Source of the DNA: Candidatus Babelota bacterium
GTDB lineage: Bacteria; Babelota; Babeliae; Babelales; Vermiphilaceae
DNA length: 32,000 nt
Assembly: GCA_039809905.1 (NCBI GenBank)
Contig: JBDHVY010000001.1
Span: 750,001 to 782,000, forward strand
Direction: 5' to 3'
The notes under the pieces are model-generated. The model did not search any database. It was not told where the DNA came from and saw only the letters and a program-made list of their open reading frames with translations. Positions 28,271 through 32,000 of the stretch are shown here, piece by piece (position 1 is the first letter of the stretch; the number at the start of each line of letters is the position of its first letter). A program made the translations under genes and the position numbers.

Positions 28271-28325
28271 AATGTTTTTAGGGAATCCCGGATTATCTTG
28301 AATACCAGTTCATAAGTATCTGTTT

Positions 28326-29348
28326 TTGCTCTACAATCACAAGATAATTATCATTGGTAACTTAGTTTTTGAGGCATTGAGGTCAAATATGAATAAATTA
28401 AATCAAGTGCTTTCTGTTCTAGTAGTGACAACTGTCATATTTCTTCCGTTGTTTGGTAGGATGGATGAGATAAAAGATAAGTTGTATAAGTCTATTGAAA
28501 GACCAACTATTTATAATGCTGGTGTGTACACAATTGATAAAACAGCGAAGTTTCTATCAAATGGTATTGTATTATTGGCCCATATTACTGATAAAAAAGA
28601 ACTTGCTTTGCAAAAAATTGATCGTAGGCTTGTCAAAATTGAAGAAAATATAAAGAATGATGAATTAAATGCCATTAATGCATTGTACCAAGAATTTAAT
28701 GTTTCTGGTGAAGACCAACAAACAATTAATTCAATTTTAAGACAATATAAAGAGTTGCAGAAGCAAATTCTTTTATCTTCTGTCCAAAAAGGATGTAATA
28801 CTTTGGAATGTGCGTCTTCTGAAATTTTATCTTTTTGTGAACAAGTAGGTATTAATCCGAATGCAATACAAGTAAAAAAATCTGATACATCCAAAAGTCT
28901 TCTTGCTGATGCTAGAGGGTTACGAGCAACCTATCAATTCGAAAATAATGCGCTAATCATAAATGATGACGATATAATTAGTTATCCATCAGTTATACTG
29001 TATCCTGGTTTTTTTGAATTATCTTATGACGAGGAAAATGCTTGCCTTGCGCATGAATTAACTCACCTTGCTTTGCAACATCATACAGTTATAAATATAT
29101 TGGGTAGGGAAATAAGTTATTTTACGGGAGCAAAAAAAGAAGAAATTATCAAAAGTAAAAACTGGAAAAATTTAGAAATCATTCATGAGCGGCAAGCAGA
29201 AGTTCTTCTTAAAGATGCTGAATGGGCATCAAGAATGAGAGATAAGCGTAATGGTGGATATTATCCAGATCATTTATTTCTTAAGCATTATGCACAACTG
29301 ACCGAGATTGATGAATTACATAGATTAAAAGAAAAGCTTAAAAAATAA
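28326..29348 (+). CDS. Secreted M48-like zinc metalloprotease
   Basis: HELTH motif (29052-29066) in ENACLAHELTHLALQHH and downstream candidate third-ligand motif ERQAEVL; signal peptide if translation starts at the internal MNKLNQVLSVLVVTTVIFLPLFG. Confidence 0.75.
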   Translation: MLYNHKIIIIGNLVFEALRSNMNKLNQVLSVLVVTTVIFLPLFGRMDEIKDKLYKSIERPTIYNAGVYTIDKTAKFLSNGIVLLAHITDKKELALQKIDRRLVKIEENIKNDELNAINALYQEFNVSGEDQQTINSILRQYKELQKQILLSSVQKGCNTLECASSEILSFCEQVGINPNAIQVKKSDTSKSLLADARGLRATYQFENNALIINDDDIISYPSVILYPGFFELSYDEENACLAHELTHLALQHHTVINILGREISYFTGAKKEEIIKSKNWKNLEIIHERQAEVLLKDAEWASRMRDKRNGGYYPDHLFLKHYAQLTEIDELHRLKEKLKK

Positions 29349-29363
29349 AAACATAGATGCGAA

Positions 29364-30269
29364 TTGACAAGTTCAAAGAACAAATTATACAATCAATGTA
29401 TGCTTATTAAAAAAAAATTATGCGTATGGATTTTGTTCTTGTGTACTCAATCTATGTGTACAATTTCTCTCAAAGAACAGTTCAGCCAGTTTGGCTATCT
29501 AGAAATATGCGATAAAGATCATAGTATAGCAACCTATGATGCTCTTTACGCATCTTTCGATGAGCTTATAACATTTTTTCGGGAAAATCCGACGTGGGCT
29601 CAAAAATTATATATTGCAAAAGAACGTTTTATCCGCTCAGAAGATAGAAATTATTATTCGACTGATTTTTTTGGTTTCTATGATGAATCAGAAAGAAAAG
29701 AAAGAAGCCAAATTTCTTTTTATTATTCAGAACATTTTCACCATTTTATTTTTCATCATTATCCAGAATTTAAACAAGCTTTGCCAATCATCAAGTTTTT
29801 TGAAATGTGCTGTGCGATACAACAATCAAGCAGAAATGTATTCAATGAAGCTGCAGCACAGCTAAATGTGGAAACTATTTTTTTTTCAAATTATGGACAT
29901 CCTCCGACGCTTTTAAAAATAATAAAATATCTTCCGTCTTATAATGTCTCTCGACCTCATTATGATGGAACTGTGTTTTCTCTTTTTCTTGATAGTACTG
30001 ACAATCAATTACTTCTGCTTTCTCCTTATAAATCTGTATTTACGGATAATGATTTTTCTTCTCCTTTAAGAAAGTTTTCAAGGTCTTATAATCAAAATTC
30101 TATTGTGCTTATTCCGGGAACGCTTCTCACGGAGTTTTCTCTGTATCCAACTCCTCATATTGTTCAGCAAAGCGGAAAAATTCGATACGCTACCATTGCA
30201 TTTGCCATGAGACCTCATTACACGTCTCAAAAAAATAATTTTTCAGTTTTACCTGACGTTAAATCTTGA
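29364..30269 (+). CDS. Secreted protein with a candidate 2OG-Fe(II) oxygenase (isopenicillin N synthase-like) core
   Basis: RPHYDGTVFSLFLD (HxD), IPGTLLTEFSLYPTPHIVQQSGKIRYATIAFAMRP (distal H and R); signal peptide KKKLCVWILFLCTQSMC. Confidence 0.5.
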   Translation: MTSSKNKLYNQCMLIKKKLCVWILFLCTQSMCTISLKEQFSQFGYLEICDKDHSIATYDALYASFDELITFFRENPTWAQKLYIAKERFIRSEDRNYYSTDFFGFYDESERKERSQISFYYSEHFHHFIFHHYPEFKQALPIIKFFEMCCAIQQSSRNVFNEAAAQLNVETIFFSNYGHPPTLLKIIKYLPSYNVSRPHYDGTVFSLFLDSTDNQLLLLSPYKSVFTDNDFSSPLRKFSRSYNQNSIVLIPGTLLTEFSLYPTPHIVQQSGKIRYATIAFAMRPHYTSQKNNFSVLPDVKS

Positions 30270-30337
30270 ATTTATCTTCAAAAGAATATAATGATGAAAA
30301 ATAATTCTATAAAGAAAAAAGTAAGGTAGGATATGCT

Positions 30338-32000
30338 ATGCTCAATTTTATAGCGAAAATCATTAGAAAAACCCGCGAAAGCGATCCAAAAAATGTCTGG
30401 AATTGGGGTCCCCATTCGACATGTAATAAAGAATGGGGTTTAATTTTTCTTTTTTTTTGTCACTCATTACAAGGTTTAACAACACTGCATGTAACATCAA
30501 GCTCAGATAATAATCCGGGTGGTATGGGGGATATTGGTGATTTGAGATATTGCTTAAATGTAATGAATCAAAATCTCAACTCAATCCCTGATGATTATGC
30601 AATTGTTTTTGATTTTCCCATGACTATTCAACTTAATGGAATTTTGCCCATTATTAATAATTCTTCAAATCCGGTCAATATCACTATTGGTAATACTGGA
30701 TCAACTCCTACCGTAACTATCGATGGTAATAGCGGCGCTTATAGTGGATTTTTTATACCAATGGGAAATGTAACCATCCAAAATATGATTTTTCAAAATT
30801 TGAGTGCAAAAGGTGGTGATGGTGGGGACGGAATTTCCGGTGGTGGTGGTGGAATGGGTGCTGGAGGAGCTATTTATGTACCACAATTGTTTTTAAACGG
30901 ATCGTATCCTTCAATTATTTTGATCAATGTATTAATAGACAATTGCTCTGCTATCGGTGGAAATGGAGGAAGTTACCTCGGTCTTTCTTCCACTGGCAAT
31001 GAAGGTGGCGGAGGGGGTGGGGGCTTTGGTGGTAATGGTGGTTCCATTACTACTGTTGGAAGCACTGGAGGTGGCGGTGGAGGTGGCTTTGGAGGGAATG
31101 GTGGAGACGTTACCCTTTCAATTGATAATTCTGGAGGTGGCGGCGGAGGTGGCGGTGGTATTGGATCTCGTGCTGCCATAGGTTCTTTCACTAATCTGGG
31201 CAACGGAGGATCAGATCAAAATTCAGGTGCAGATGGAAATGGATATGGGCTTTTGATTTCCGGTGGTTCAGGCGCAGGAGGAAGCAGCGGAGGTAATAAC
31301 GCAGGCGGTGGCGGTGGAGGCGCTATTGGAGGTGGCGGAGGAGGAAGTCTTGGATCAGATGGAATGCAGCCTCAAGGTAATATACCACCAGGAGGTAGTG
31401 TTGTACCTTCAGGTGGAAATGGAGGAGATGGTGGTGGTGGCGGCGGAGCTGCTATTGTTGTAACAAGTTTTACCAATGGTATAGATGGCCAAGCGGGTAG
31501 TGGTGGTTATGCTGGTGGAGGCGGTGGTGGAGCCGGAACAGGATCTTATGATGCTGCTTATACCGTGCAAGGTGGATCCGGCGGTATGGGCGGAGGAGGC
31601 GGTGGCGGAGGGGTGAATCAATCTGGTTCTACTTCCGCATCAGGTGGTAATTCTCTTGGCGGCGGTGGTGGTGCAGGAGGCGGTCCTTCCGATGGTTCCA
31701 TTGCTCAAGGTGGAGCTGATATAGGAAATCTTGGTGGAGGATCAGGAGGAGCTGGCGCAAATAGTTATGGACCAGGTTTTGGTGGCGGCGGTGGCGGCGG
31801 CGGAAGTGGTTTGGGCGGAGCTATATTTGTGGACAATAATCTGAATTTAACGATACAAGCTTTTTCCGGGATTCCAACCATTTTTAATACAACAAATAAT
31901 CTGACCCAAGCAGGAGTTCATGGAACTGGAGGTCCTGGTGCTGAAGATGGCCTAGATGGATCAGCGCTGGGAAATAGTATTTTTCTACGATCAGGATCTT
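30338..32000 (+). CDS. Partial, very Gly-rich surface/autotransporter-like protein, open at the window end
   Basis: Open frame from ATG 30338 (MLNFIAKIIRKTRESDPKNVWNWG...) to window end; LRYCLNVMNQ...TIDGNSGAYSGFFIPMGNVTIQNMIFQN then GGGGGGGFGGNGG arrays; not in the supplied ORF track. Confidence 0.8.
   Translation, partial: MLNFIAKIIRKTRESDPKNVWNWGPHSTCNKEWGLIFLFFCHSLQGLTTLHVTSSSDNNPGGMGDIGDLRYCLNVMNQNLNSIPDDYAIVFDFPMTIQLNGILPIINNSSNPVNITIGNTGSTPTVTIDGNSGAYSGFFIPMGNVTIQNMIFQNLSAKGGDGGDGISGGGGGMGAGGAIYVPQLFLNGSYPSIILINVLIDNCSAIGGNGGSYLGLSSTGNEGGGGGGGFGGNGGSITTVGSTGGGGGGGFGGNGGDVTLSIDNSGGGGGGGGGIGSRAAIGSFTNLGNGGSDQNSGADGNGYGLLISGGSGAGGSSGGNNAGGGGGGAIGGGGGGSLGSDGMQPQGNIPPGGSVVPSGGNGGDGGGGGGAAIVVTSFTNGIDGQAGSGGYAGGGGGGAGTGSYDAAYTVQGGSGGMGGGGGGGGVNQSGSTSASGGNSLGGGGGAGGGPSDGSIAQGGADIGNLGGGSGGAGANSYGPGFGGGGGGGGSGLGGAIFVDNNLNLTIQAFSGIPTIFNTTNNLTQAGVHGTGGPGAEDGLDGSALGNSIFLRSGS

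Noticed and set aside
30701-31621. Several short ORFs on both strands in the Gly-rich region (for example 30957..31181 +, 30973..31203 -)
   Set aside because: Low-complexity shadows of the GGN/GGT repeats of the real frame starting at 30338.
1-32000. CRISPR arrays or rRNA genes
   Set aside because: No regularly spaced identical 24-40 bp repeats with unique spacers and no rRNA-like conserved segments seen.
16287-32000. Right-hand attachment site (second copy of the tRNA-Glu 3' end)
   Set aside because: Looked for ggttcaaatcccc/ggggatgcca and complement by eye and did not find it; the island boundary is left undefined.

Overview
AT-rich bacterial window. The secreted-protein style, the eukaryote-like domains and the gene content suggest an intracellular or protist-associated lineage such as Ca. 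Dependentiae/TM6; this is inference only. The left half (about 1-14.7 kb) is mostly ordinary: two related secreted Lys/Pro-rich proteins, cdsA, a YraN-family protein, a GspE/PilB ATPase with small secreted proteins and a pseudopilin, a TamB-like protein, a PLD-family protein, an RluD-family pseudouridine synthase, mgtE and tRNA-Lys(TTT). From tRNA-Glu(TTC) at 14760 the window looks like an accessory island. A large serine recombinase gene ends antisense inside the tRNA. It is followed by (i) a secreted ankyrin-repeat protein with a complete RING1-IBR-RING2 (RBR) E3 ubiquitin ligase signature, including the catalytic-cysteine motif; (ii) a phage/plasmid-type replication protein; (iii) a two-copy modular toxin system in which a conserved ~470-aa secreted chassis carries two different C-terminal toxin tips, each followed by candidate immunity genes, plus a displaced orphan toxin-tip fragment abutting a 21-nt piece of the rep gene; (iv) two short membrane-protein genes sharing a duplicated upstream and signal-peptide module; (v) an AAA ATPase, an M48-like metalloprotease, a secreted candidate 2OG-Fe(II) oxygenase, and a very Gly-rich open-ended surface protein missing from the supplied ORF track. 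No database search was possible, so family names come from motif recognition.
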